DNA of 64,000 nucleotides from Candidatus Cloacimonadales bacterium. Its GTDB lineage: Bacteria > Cloacimonadota > Cloacimonadia > Cloacimonadales > DAONDQ01. Position 1 is the stretch's first letter; every line of letters begins with the position of its first letter. Under the pieces are notes generated by a model, which was not told the DNA's origin, did no database searches, and worked only from the letters and a program-made list of their open reading frames with translations. The stretch covers positions 1,504,001 to 1,568,000 of the forward strand of contig OY759316.1 in the NCBI GenBank assembly GCA_963662275.1. The letters are read 5' to 3'. Positions 46,937 through 56,906 of this stretch are shown here, in pieces. A program made the translations under genes and the position numbers.

Positions 46937-48154
46937 ATGGCTGATGAGATAATTGGGCAAACACCTAAAGAAAGATTTGATGATGAAACAGATTGTTACA
47001 AGGCAGGTTCCACTTCAAATCCATTAAACCCAGTAAAAGGCAATTTTTTATCTTTCCTGGAAAACCCTGACGAAACGGATAAAAATAAATCTGTAGTTAC
47101 GACAACACAAATTGATCTAATTTCTGATGTCATTAAAGAGCTGTGCGGATTAACACTCTCTGAAATACTGCCTTATTCAGGTTCAGGGACAGAACTTGAC
47201 CCTTATCTTATAGATACTCCACACAAATTGGATATGGTAAGGAATAATCTCTCCGCTTTTTACAAACAAACAGCCAATATCTCTCTTTCTAAATATTTTA
47301 GCTGGAACCCTATTGGAGATTTAGCACATCCTTTTCGAGGTAATTATGATGGTAATGGTTATGCAATCAGCGATCTGACATGCAATGAAGTTTCCTACAG
47401 CGGATTATTCGGCTGTTTGAACGGTGCCTCATTAACAGATATAGTCATAACAGAGGCAGTTATATCCACATCTGCAATCAATGAGGGTGAAGAGAGTGAC
47501 TGTGGAGTATTAGCTGCTGTTATTGCAGGTACAACGGGAAGTACTATTACAGGATGCAGAGCGGAAGGTACATTATCTGCTATTTTGCGGGGTGGCGGTC
47601 TAATAGGCAATATCCAGGATGGAAACACTATTATCTCTTTATCTTCTGCAGATGTATCTGTAACTATTCAATCCGGCAGCGGATTGGGTGGCGGGTTTGT
47701 GGCGACAACGATAGCAACAATATCAGAATCCAAATCAACCGGTAACGTGTCAGGAGGATCCGGATCTACAATCGGTGGATTTGCAGGGAATGCATTATCG
47801 GGTGCAATTGCAAACTGTTATACTACCGGCAACGTTACAGGGACAGGAGATGCTTCCGGCGGTTTCCTGGGGACATCTGAAGCGGGCTTAATTACTAACT
47901 GTTATGCTACCGGTGCAGTTTCCAATAATGCCACAGCACACTTTGGCTTTTGTGCGCTGGCAGAGTATAATGATTTCACTGGCAGTTTTTTTGACGTAAC
48001 AACAACAGGACAGACAGAAACGCCCAATGCAGGTGCAATAGGATATATCACGGCAACGATGAAAACGCCGGCTATATATAGCGATGCGGAGTGGGATGCA
48101 GATGTCTGGCTTTTAGAAAATAATCAATATCCTGTTCTGAAATGGGAAGCATAA
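46937..48154 (+). CDS. GLUG-motif beta-helix protein (possible receptor-binding/surface protein)
   Basis: GSGTELDPYLI, WNPIG..PFRGNYDGNG, repeated GGxxG / NCYxTG.V. Confidence 0.8.
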   Translation: MADEIIGQTPKERFDDETDCYKAGSTSNPLNPVKGNFLSFLENPDETDKNKSVVTTTQIDLISDVIKELCGLTLSEILPYSGSGTELDPYLIDTPHKLDMVRNNLSAFYKQTANISLSKYFSWNPIGDLAHPFRGNYDGNGYAISDLTCNEVSYSGLFGCLNGASLTDIVITEAVISTSAINEGEESDCGVLAAVIAGTTGSTITGCRAEGTLSAILRGGGLIGNIQDGNTIISLSSADVSVTIQSGSGLGGGFVATTIATISESKSTGNVSGGSGSTIGGFAGNALSGAIANCYTTGNVTGTGDASGGFLGTSEAGLITNCYATGAVSNNATAHFGFCALAEYNDFTGSFFDVTTTGQTETPNAGAIGYITATMKTPAIYSDAEWDADVWLLENNQYPVLKWEA

Positions 48155-49189
48155 ATGGAAACAAATACGGCAATAATCAGTTTAATGGATGGCATAAATA
48201 CTGATAATATGCTGGGCTATATTCAACAGATGGTGGATTTTGGCTCTAGATACGCACATCCTGACACGGTTGGCATTGATAATGTGGAACCAGCCTTAAT
48301 TGCATTATTTCAATCCTTTGGCTATGAAAACGCCTATAAATGGTATGCTGAAAACCTGGCATTTTCTCCTATGAATGGCTTTGGAAATATTATAGCCTAC
48401 ATTACCGGCTGTAAATATCCTGAAGAACAAATAATAATAGGAGCACATTGGGATTCATTCAGTAGTACCCCTTATACTGATGCTCCGGGAGCAACCGATA
48501 ACGCATCAGGATGTGGTGTAGTACTGGAAATAGCCAGAGCAATCAAAGCAAGCAATTTAGCTCCAGAAAGGACAATAAAATTCATACTTTGGGCAAATGA
48601 AGAAGTTGGGAGGCCGGGGTCATATAATTACGTTGATATTGCAAAAAAAAATGGGGATAATATAGTATTATATATTAACGCAGATATGGTTGGGATAAAA
48701 AGAGACCCAGCACTTAACCTGCCTGACGTAAGCTATACACATAGATACGGCATTGATATTGACAAAAACCTTCGAATTATCAATACCTTCAGCAAATATG
48801 TACCGGAACTAAATGTGATAAAATATATGGATGAACCATATCCTCCAGATAATCCAATTCCTCAATATTACCCTCTCGAAAGTGACAATGTACCTTTTGA
48901 CGACATGCTGTACGACAACATAAACTTCTGCACGTTAGGGTTTCATCCGTATATACCAGAATATACATGGTCTCACACCCCAAACGATACATTGGATAAA
49001 ATAGACCCGATCAATCTGAAAAAGTGTGCAAATGCATGTATGTCGGTACTTGCTGAATTTGCAGGAATGTCTATACTGCGAGGAAGTCAGATAACGCTTA
49101 CACTGACAGAAACAACAACGGTAAAGGCTAGAGCGTTTAAGACCGGCTATGCAGATAGTGATATTATTGAAAAGACTTATGTAATATAA
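48155..49189 (+). CDS. M28 family zinc peptidase ending in the C-half of an Fn3-associated domain
   Basis: GAHWDS, GATDNASG, NEEVG, NADMVG, HTPNDT; tail TTTVKARAFKTGYADSDI. Confidence 0.88.
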   Translation: METNTAIISLMDGINTDNMLGYIQQMVDFGSRYAHPDTVGIDNVEPALIALFQSFGYENAYKWYAENLAFSPMNGFGNIIAYITGCKYPEEQIIIGAHWDSFSSTPYTDAPGATDNASGCGVVLEIARAIKASNLAPERTIKFILWANEEVGRPGSYNYVDIAKKNGDNIVLYINADMVGIKRDPALNLPDVSYTHRYGIDIDKNLRIINTFSKYVPELNVIKYMDEPYPPDNPIPQYYPLESDNVPFDDMLYDNINFCTLGFHPYIPEYTWSHTPNDTLDKIDPINLKKCANACMSVLAEFAGMSILRGSQITLTLTETTTVKARAFKTGYADSDIIEKTYVI

Positions 49190-49198
49190 GGAGATTGA

Positions 49199-49513
49199 GT
49201 GAAAGACATCAATATGTATTCAGGTGATTCCGTTCTAGTGGAAGTGACTATATTAGATTCGAATCAACGTCCTTATGATCTGGCAGGCAACGAGATTGAT
49301 GAATTGAACATGATTGTAGGTCTGACTGCGGGTACACTGACCTTTTCCGGGACTATCATAGATGGAAATAAGGTGCAATTTGGAATACCATCAGAGGTCA
49401 TCACTGAAATTGGTGATATACCCTACCAGATCGTGATATCATCCACCACTAACGCACTGAAGTTCACAGTGGCAGATGGATATCTGAAAGTGAAAGAAGT
49501 CATAACAATTTAG
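49199..49513 (+). CDS. BppU-N-like baseplate/tail domain protein
   Basis: GDSVLVEVTILD...PYDL...YQIVI...G.L.V. Confidence 0.55.
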   Translation: MKDINMYSGDSVLVEVTILDSNQRPYDLAGNEIDELNMIVGLTAGTLTFSGTIIDGNKVQFGIPSEVITEIGDIPYQIVISSTTNALKFTVADGYLKVKEVITI

Positions 49514-49525
49514 TTAGGAGAGAAG

Positions 49526-50049
49526 ATGAAGATTTACAACACATTAAAGACCGATAAGGCAGTATGGGCTATCCTGCGTGAAATGAAGCTCAATGAGATC
49601 AACCTTGGTGATATTATGATGGGGATTAAAGACGGTATCCTGAATATTCCGTTCAGCCTGATCCTGGATAAAATTCACCAGGAAAACAAACTTGAACTGC
49701 TGCTTTCCACCATTACCCGGAGCGAAACTTATATCGATGCAGATGGTAAATCCATTGCCTGGGATGAATGCGAACGAGATGAATACATTCGGATACTGAC
49801 AGCTTTTTTTACGCCTATGCTGCCGATGTTAATCGAGCTAATGCAGTTTTCAATGGCTCAGATAGTGAAACAGACAGCAGCGGAATAGATGATGATGCAC
49901 CCTTCTTCTATCATATCTCTTACAATCTGCAAAAGATTGGTATCATGAATCACGATATCAGCATGGAAGAAGCAAACTACTATATCCTTTGGCATAATGA
50001 AGAAATACGGATTGCGAACGCAATAGCTAAGGCGGAGATGAATGGCTGA
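49526..50049 (+). CDS. Tail assembly chaperone G (49526-49888) with -1 frameshift extension GT to 50049
   Basis: Slippery T TTT TTT at 49804-49810; -1 frame open to TGA 50047-49, overlapping the tape measure start. Confidence 0.75.
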
Positions 50050-52741
50050 TCAGTATGTCCTTTCGCTTAAGATTGATTTGAGTCAATTTCAGCAAATGCT
50101 GGAAAAGGCAAAAGCCGGACTTAAGGGTATCCCTAATATTGTATCGACAAAAATTGAAACAGATTCCAAACAGGCAACAACATCTATGAGTATGTTTGCC
50201 CAAACCATCACTGATCCAATCATCGGTATTAAAGCTTTGAGAGATGCTGATATTCAGCTTTCAGTTGAGCAAAAACAACAGATCAAGAACTTCCTGGCTG
50301 TTAATAATCTGGCAGGTGCTCAAAAGGTTGTATTGGATGAAGTAGCCAGAAAGACCAACCAGATTGGCAGCGAAGTCAAACAATCTAATACTGCTTTCAG
50401 CGGTTTAACCAAATCCTTACTAACGGCAGGGGCTGCTTATTTTGGAATTCAAGCAGTTATTGGTACGGTTGTTGGTCAGTTTAAGCGAGCCTATACGGAA
50501 GCCAGAGAAGCAGATAGAGCAATGAGACAAATGGAAGGTGCCATTAGAGCTAATGGTGGTGCTGCTGAATTGAGTGCTAGAACATTATCCCGTTTCAATA
50601 GTGAACTTGAACTCATGTCGGGATATGATGCAGATCAACTGACAAACCAAATGACAAAGCTGCTTCTTACTTTCCAAAACGTGAAAGGCGACAACTTCAA
50701 ACGTGCACAGACTGATATTGTAGACATGGCTGTAGCCCTTTCCAAAGCAACTGGTACTGAGGTAGATTTTGAAAGCGCAACCCGGCAAGTTGGCATTGCT
50801 TTAGAAGATCCAATCAACGGTTTATTACGTTTGCGGAAGAATGGGATCATCTTCTCAGACTCACAGAAAGAGCAAATCATAAACTTCATGGCTGTGAATG
50901 ATTTGGCAGGCGCACAGGGTGTGATTCTACAAGGATTAGAAGAAAAGTTCAAAGGGCAGGCTGCCAATATGGTAGAACCCACAAAGCAGTTAAAGACTGC
51001 CTGGGATAACATATTAGAGTCATTCGGCAGGAATATAATCGTACCAATGGTTGATGATGCCAGTAATTCAGTGTTGGCTTTTCTGGGTGTTGTGAAAGAA
51101 TTGAAGGGTCAGATTGTTGATAATTTAACAGCTTTCGAGGCTGCTAAGAAAACAAATCAAATTAAGATCGACGGTGCAAATCAACTCATAGCCTTATATG
51201 GTCAAATGAAGAACTTAGGTGATTCAGATAAAGCAAGAGTAGCTGAATTAATTGCCGACCGGGATAAGCTAATCGTGCTTCAAGGTGAACTGAATAGATT
51301 GTACCAGGCTGAACTTACTGTGCGTAATAAACCGGTTGCCAAAGAAGATACTGCTGAAGCGAAAGCAGCCAGGGAAGCAGCGACAAAAGCAGCTCAAGAC
51401 TGGAAAGACCAGCAGGAGCAGATATATATTGAATTGGGTGCTGACATCGATGCGCAGGTACAAAAGAACTTTGATGCTGAAGAAAAAGAATACCAAGACA
51501 AAGTTGCCGCTGATCAGGCGAGACGTGCTGAAGTATTAAAGAACATAGCGGGCTATTATGGTGAAGTTCAATTCCAGGATGCATCTTATTACAACTGGAA
51601 AACAACACAGATCAATACTGAAGTGAAAGCAATGGGGCTTTCCACTGAGCAGCAAAAAAAACTGATCCAGGAACGGATTGATAAGCTAAACCAGGAGAAA
51701 CAAGCTTGGGAGTCCATGCCTATGAATGCTATAATAGCCAAATATCACGAAATAGAGGCTACTATGGCAGATTCTAAGACCATTGGGGTTCAGAGCTGGG
51801 CAGGAATCAGAGACGGTTTACAGGCAACGTATGACGCACTAAAACCATATTCCGACAAAATACACGGTGTGATGGCGGAGCTGCTGCAAAAGATTCATAT
51901 TGCCCAAATGAATGCCGGAAAGAAAAAGAGCTGGTTTTGGGGTACGATCATGGGCTATGATCCTGATGATCCAAAGGACAGACAAAAGATCAATGCCATG
52001 GAACAGACGTTTTCCACCATAGGTAACATGGCAAGTTCTATTGCCCAAATGGGAATACAGCAAACCGAAGACAAAAAGTCAAAAGAACTGGCTGCACTTG
52101 ATGAACGGGCTAAGAGAGAGAATTTAACCGAAGAAGAAGTCTTAAAAAATAAAAAAGAAATCAATAAACGAGCTGAAGCTGAAGAACGCAAATATAAAAA
52201 TATTCAAAAAGCTATGTCTCTTGCAACCGCCTTCATTAACGTAGCTGTAGGTGTGACAAAAGCGCTGACACTTGGGCCTATACTTGGACCTATTCTAGCA
52301 GCGATTATTACGGTTATGGGCGCAGTACAAATAGGGATGATAGCCGCTCAAAAGTTTGCAGGCGGTGGAAGAATAACCGGACCAGGCGGACCTAAAGACG
52401 ACAAGATTCCAATAATGGCAAGTAATGGGGAATATATCGTTAATGCCGAAGCTGTTAAAAAATATGGTGTTGGCTTTTTAGATGCTCTCAACTTCGGGCT
52501 TTCCATGCCTGTAATACCTAGAGTCAGTCATGCATCCGTAAGTGCAGCATCTAATAATGATGCACTTCTAAAAGAAATATCGAATGGGGTGGCTATCCTT
52601 AATCTAAACCTGGTACGGAAAGAGATGTCACCTGAAATACAGATCACCAATAATGGCTCAGATGTGCAGACGACCGTTAGGAAGCTAGAAAAGGCAAAAG
52701 CACAAATGACCCGGAATAATGGGACATTGGAATATGTTTAA
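50042..52741 (+). CDS. Tail tape measure protein
   Basis: 899 aa helical; GIALEDPINGLLRLRKNGIIFS; FAGGG.ITGPGGPKDDKIP...SNGEYIVNA. Confidence 0.9.
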   Translation: MADQYVLSLKIDLSQFQQMLEKAKAGLKGIPNIVSTKIETDSKQATTSMSMFAQTITDPIIGIKALRDADIQLSVEQKQQIKNFLAVNNLAGAQKVVLDEVARKTNQIGSEVKQSNTAFSGLTKSLLTAGAAYFGIQAVIGTVVGQFKRAYTEAREADRAMRQMEGAIRANGGAAELSARTLSRFNSELELMSGYDADQLTNQMTKLLLTFQNVKGDNFKRAQTDIVDMAVALSKATGTEVDFESATRQVGIALEDPINGLLRLRKNGIIFSDSQKEQIINFMAVNDLAGAQGVILQGLEEKFKGQAANMVEPTKQLKTAWDNILESFGRNIIVPMVDDASNSVLAFLGVVKELKGQIVDNLTAFEAAKKTNQIKIDGANQLIALYGQMKNLGDSDKARVAELIADRDKLIVLQGELNRLYQAELTVRNKPVAKEDTAEAKAAREAATKAAQDWKDQQEQIYIELGADIDAQVQKNFDAEEKEYQDKVAADQARRAEVLKNIAGYYGEVQFQDASYYNWKTTQINTEVKAMGLSTEQQKKLIQERIDKLNQEKQAWESMPMNAIIAKYHEIEATMADSKTIGVQSWAGIRDGLQATYDALKPYSDKIHGVMAELLQKIHIAQMNAGKKKSWFWGTIMGYDPDDPKDRQKINAMEQTFSTIGNMASSIAQMGIQQTEDKKSKELAALDERAKRENLTEEEVLKNKKEINKRAEAEERKYKNIQKAMSLATAFINVAVGVTKALTLGPILGPILAAIITVMGAVQIGMIAAQKFAGGGRITGPGGPKDDKIPIMASNGEYIVNAEAVKKYGVGFLDALNFGLSMPVIPRVSHASVSAASNNDALLKEISNGVAILNLNLVRKEMSPEIQITNNGSDVQTTVRKLEKAKAQMTRNNGTLEYV

Positions 52742-53957
52742 AATCCTATTAAATACCACCGACATCAGTAACTACGTATTGGATTTTGGTGAAACACCCA
52801 TAAGCTTAACAACCTATGACAATATTATTGAAGTACCATCGGGATCTATGACTGTACTTGACCAGGACATTACGTATGCTGTTGGAGACGTCATTCAAAT
52901 ACAATCGGGGGCGATAACACCAGTAACATTTGCAAGATTTGTGATTAAAAATATTGAAACAGATATTGGAACTACACGAAAGATTTTAACAATAGAAGAT
53001 GCTATATCACTGATGGCAGATCATAAAGTGATGGATCTGACTAATACTGACTTTTATAACGCTATCTTAGCAAGTCCATCTGAAGATTATGTTGGAGCTG
53101 TATGCCAGCGCTTTTACAACAGCTATGATCATGCCCCCTATAGACGCAATTTCGTGACCCTAACTCATGTCCTGAAAGTATGCCTAATGAAAGCCGGGGT
53201 TATTCCTCTTCTTGCGAATATTGATGTAAGCGCATATTATGGCAATTTACCTTCAGGATTCTTATATTATTATGATGGAAATTCATACGATCTATATTAT
53301 GATCATCTTGCATTCCATCCAGGACAGCTACAACTAATAGGACGTACTAATCAAGATGATTATGCGTACAATAGTGCCACACTACTGCAGATATTTCTTT
53401 TTATTATGCAGGTTTTTAATGCTGAATATATTTATAGTGGAAACACAATTATAATTAGACCTAGAGTGGGTTTATCTTTCATTTCAGACGATCATGTATA
53501 TGGATTGAAATCTACAGATTACGTTAATGCCTTCGATTTTTACCAAAGTACCTTAATGTACTGGAATACAAACGGGGTAGGAGGATTTGATGTGTATGAA
53601 CCAAGTGAAGATATATATGGAACTGAAAATAATCAAACTGCTTATTCTCCTTCAGCGCCGCCATCCTCGATAAAGCCTAAATTACGCGTCAATTCAATGC
53701 TAAAACACGCCATAGTTCATAGACGAGGCTATATAGATCCTTATTTTTATATTGAGGAAATGGATTATGTTAGTCCTTCATATCATTTTATCGACCATTA
53801 TACGGATATTTTGCTTAGCCGATTCCCTGCTTTGCCCAATACTTGTGACACGCTTACAACTGATTTTACTCCTAGTCTAAGCAAGGATGCCACAAATAGG
53901 ATACTACTGGAGCATACCGTTAATTTTAATTATAAACGTTCAACAATTACGTACTAG
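52734..53957 (+). CDS. Putative tail hub/baseplate protein
   Basis: Immediately after the tape measure; 407 aa. Confidence 0.55.
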   Translation: MFKILLNTTDISNYVLDFGETPISLTTYDNIIEVPSGSMTVLDQDITYAVGDVIQIQSGAITPVTFARFVIKNIETDIGTTRKILTIEDAISLMADHKVMDLTNTDFYNAILASPSEDYVGAVCQRFYNSYDHAPYRRNFVTLTHVLKVCLMKAGVIPLLANIDVSAYYGNLPSGFLYYYDGNSYDLYYDHLAFHPGQLQLIGRTNQDDYAYNSATLLQIFLFIMQVFNAEYIYSGNTIIIRPRVGLSFISDDHVYGLKSTDYVNAFDFYQSTLMYWNTNGVGGFDVYEPSEDIYGTENNQTAYSPSAPPSSIKPKLRVNSMLKHAIVHRRGYIDPYFYIEEMDYVSPSYHFIDHYTDILLSRFPALPNTCDTLTTDFTPSLSKDATNRILLEHTVNFNYKRSTITY

Positions 53958-53965
53958 GAGCTAGT

Positions 53966-54403
53966 ATGAGCTGTATTGTACCTGTAATAAAAATTCCTTA
54001 TATCTTATGTCCAGTTACTGAATATGATTACACACTATCGAATTCATCGATTGAAGATAACTATATACATGATCACGAAGTAGTAAAAAGTATAATTAAT
54101 GGGCATAAGAGCATCATATCTAATGGTAACTTCTATGAAGGTACGATCATAGTCCGTGGCGTTGGGAATAGTTTGTTAGGCGATTATCAGGATTTGCAAG
54201 GCAATGTAGTCCGTTTATGGCCATATGGTACTGGTGTTGTTACTACCGGTAAGTACTATCCTTACGTTGATGTCATAATATCCGAAGTATTACCCTTTCA
54301 CGACCAACAGCAACATTGGCGCGACGCCGTACTAATTAGCTTTGTGAGCCAAGATCCATATACTCCTGCATTAGCAACTGATGATGGACTTCCCCAAGAA
54401 TAA
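53966..54403 (+). CDS. Putative tail protein, last prophage gene
   Basis: RBS AGGAG; position. Confidence 0.5.
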   Translation: MSCIVPVIKIPYILCPVTEYDYTLSNSSIEDNYIHDHEVVKSIINGHKSIISNGNFYEGTIIVRGVGNSLLGDYQDLQGNVVRLWPYGTGVVTTGKYYPYVDVIISEVLPFHDQQQHWRDAVLISFVSQDPYTPALATDDGLPQE

Positions 54404-54409
54404 ATAGCA

Positions 54410-54527
54410 ATTCAAAACACTGCATAAATAAGTGAGAAAAGATGTGCATTAATACGAGAGAATTTTAATGAAAATATCATTTCTCGTTTATTTTTGCGTA
54501 ATTTCTCGTTTATTTTTGCAAGATATA
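54410..54527. repeat. Prophage right end: putative transposase-binding sites
   Basis: Two inverted copies ATTTCTCGTTTATTTTTGC (54479-97, 54501-19) plus two degenerate direct copies at 54422 and 54446. Confidence 0.85.
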
Positions 54528-54635
54528 GTAGATTTAGAAATAATCCTTTCTTTGCATGTAACAAATAAGACAAATAATGCTTGACAACCTATTAGCTATT
54601 TAATTATTTACTTAAATATATAAAGGAGCTTCATT

Positions 54636-54923
54636 ATGGCACATGAGAGTTTGTTTAAAGCTTTGGCTGATCCCAATCGCCGGAAGATCATCCGTTTGCT
54701 GCGAAAACATGATACTATGAATGCGGGTGAGATCGCTGAGCAGTTTAACATATCTAAACCTGCGATTAGTGATCATTTGCGTATATTGAAGGATGCCAAC
54801 CTGATATTTGCTGAAAAGCAAGGGCAGTTCATTATGTATCAGCTAAATACATCAATTCTTGAGGAACTGGCAGAATATTTGATCGATTTCGTGAAAATCG
54901 GTAAAGAAGTGGAGGAACAATGA
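54636..54923 (+). CDS. sdpR: ArsR-family autorepressor, SdpR-like
   Basis: FKALADPNRRKII, AGEIAEQFNISKPAISDHL, KQGQFIMY.LNTS. Confidence 0.85.
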   Translation: MAHESLFKALADPNRRKIIRLLRKHDTMNAGEIAEQFNISKPAISDHLRILKDANLIFAEKQGQFIMYQLNTSILEELAEYLIDFVKIGKEVEEQ

Positions 54924-55600
54924 ATGCTAAAAAGTACTACATGATCAGTATCATCATCTTAATATTACAATTATTTGCAGCATTATGGATAGGTCATTTC
55001 CTCAAGCAGGATGCCAAGATACCTGTTCATTGGAATATTCATAACCAGATCGATGGTTATACAAATAAAACACAGGGTATATTCTTATTTTGGGGTATCA
55101 ATGTTGCCCTGTTCCTGCTCATGGCTTTCTTTCGCAAGTTCAGTCCTGTATATCAGCGAGATAGGGAGAATAGCAACAATGCCATCCCACTATTAACGAT
55201 GGGATTAATATTCTTTTTTGCGCTTATTCATCTCTATTCCCTAATGCTGGCGAAGAATCCGAATTGGGCATCGAATGTCCAGGTACTATTTCTACTAATG
55301 GGTTTTTTATTTATGTTCATAGGAAATGTGATGCCCAAGCTTTCCCGTAATTACTTTGCCGGCGTAAAAACCCCCTGGACGTACTATTCAGATGAAATAT
55401 GGCGTAAAACATCAAGAGTTAGCGGATACTGTTTTTTCTTATTGGGATTTGTCTTCATTGTGGGTGGTGCCTTCAATATAACAGGGACATTAATGACAAC
55501 CATGTTAGTAACAATGCTTGTTATCACAGTATTTGTTCCCACGGTGTATTCATTTCTACTGTATTTGAAGGTGAAAAAAGGCAATGAATCTAACCAGTGA
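54920..55600 (+). CDS. sdpI: SdpI/DUF1648 membrane protein
   Basis: IPVHWNI..QIDG, IGNVMPK..RNYFAGVKTPWT...W.KT.R. Confidence 0.85.
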   Translation: MNAKKYYMISIIILILQLFAALWIGHFLKQDAKIPVHWNIHNQIDGYTNKTQGIFLFWGINVALFLLMAFFRKFSPVYQRDRENSNNAIPLLTMGLIFFFALIHLYSLMLAKNPNWASNVQVLFLLMGFLFMFIGNVMPKLSRNYFAGVKTPWTYYSDEIWRKTSRVSGYCFFLLGFVFIVGGAFNITGTLMTTMLVTMLVITVFVPTVYSFLLYLKVKKGNESNQ

Positions 55601-55691
55601 CTCTATATATAAGAAACTTCGTTCTCCAAAGTGTATACCGGAATGAATCCAAGTTTAAAACAAACTACAACCTGTCTCAAACCAATGTCAG

Positions 55692-55746
55692 GAAACAGGA
55701 ATGAAACTGGTATGAAACAGGAATCAAACTGGTATCAAACTGGTAG
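55692..55746 (+). repeat. Degenerate 11-bp tandem repeat (SAAACWGGWAT) x5
   Basis: gaaacaggaat gaaactggtat gaaacaggaat caaactggtat caaactggtag. Confidence 0.7.
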
Positions 55747-56134
55747 TAATTAAGGGCAAAGATGTGCAAATGATATATGTTGCCCCGTCTAACTTAATTT
55801 TTTTAGCGAGTTTCTCTGTCCAGAGCGGAAAAAGATGATATTTGATAATAAAAAACTGATAATAAGTATACTTCAAAATCAAAACTGCTCAGTTAATCTT
55901 CAATAAGCATTTTGCTAAGGAATGAGTGTAAATGCTCTAACTCTTTAATTGATTATAGGTTGTTTAGAAGATAAATGGAGGAATATCTTTTTCGATGTAG
56001 GTATATAAATAAATTGATTGTATAAATGGTAAGAAAAATCTATTGACTTAATTGTTTATAGTTTATAGAATCTCAGAATAATTATGAATGAATGAAATTC
56101 CTTGTTTTTACATCTGTTTTATTTTGAGGTAATC

Positions 56135-56848
56135 ATGAGTAATTTGTGCAAGAATTGCGGATTTGAAACATCAGATAAATATTGTGCTCATTGCAGTCAA
56201 TCCACAGAAATAAAGCGAATCAGCGGGTCTAATTTTTTTCAAGAGTTTTTATTCAATAACTTCACTTTCCATAAAGGATTGCCATTCACAATAAAATCAC
56301 TTATTCTTCATCCTAAACAAGTGATTGAAGACTACCTTTCTGGAAAGAGAGTACAATATACCGGAGCGGTTCATTTTTTTTTATTTTACCTCATTTTAGA
56401 TGGACTATTCATACTCTTGCTAAAATCATTAGGAATACAGCAAGAGAGTTTTGATGCAGAATCCGGCTCTGCGATAATTGATCTTAGTAGTTGGATGAAG
56501 AGCTTTCAGATTCTTACTATTGCTTTATCTTCCTTCTCAACTTTCATCATCTATCGAAAAAAGAAATACAATCTCTCAGAACATTTGGTTATTAATTTTT
56601 ATATCTGGGGAATCTGCTGTTTTCTTTACGATTTGTTCCGAGTAGTAACTCTCTACAAATTGGAGAAGATTGATTCATACATTTTAAGTGCGCTTTTCAT
56701 TACCTATTTCATAAGGACATTCTATGATAAGAAAATCAGGATAATAGATTATTTCAAAGGCTTTTTATGCTTATTTTTGTTTAGAATTACCAGCGGAGGT
56801 ATGGAGCAACTGATCGTGATCATATACAACTTAGACCTGTTCAAATAA
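56135..56848 (+). CDS. DUF3667 zinc-ribbon membrane protein
   Basis: CKNC...YCAHCSQ, YLSGKR..Y, YNLSEH. Confidence 0.85.
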   Translation: MSNLCKNCGFETSDKYCAHCSQSTEIKRISGSNFFQEFLFNNFTFHKGLPFTIKSLILHPKQVIEDYLSGKRVQYTGAVHFFLFYLILDGLFILLLKSLGIQQESFDAESGSAIIDLSSWMKSFQILTIALSSFSTFIIYRKKKYNLSEHLVINFYIWGICCFLYDLFRVVTLYKLEKIDSYILSALFITYFIRTFYDKKIRIIDYFKGFLCLFLFRITSGGMEQLIVIIYNLDLFK

Positions 56849-56906
56849 CAGGCTGATAAAGGATGTCAATGATGATTCTGTATGTAAATTCTCAAATGAG
56901 GTAATA

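Larger units (their letters stand above)
18806..54527 (+). mobile_element. Mu-like transposable prophage (35,722 bp including intron)
   Basis: GTAGA at 18801-18805 and 54528-54532; repeated GCAWAAATAAACGAGAAAT-type sites at both ends; MuA/MuB-like, DUF935 portal, MuF, gp36, protease I, tape measure. Confidence 0.93.

Noticed and set aside
52734..54403. Mu G-segment/invertase or contractile tail genes
   Set aside because: No serine recombinase, inverted crossover sites or sheath gene recognised
54519..54525. Canonical CA right end at 54520 with AGATA duplication (also at 18803-07)
   Set aside because: The left end would start AG, not TG, and binding-site spacing would be asymmetric
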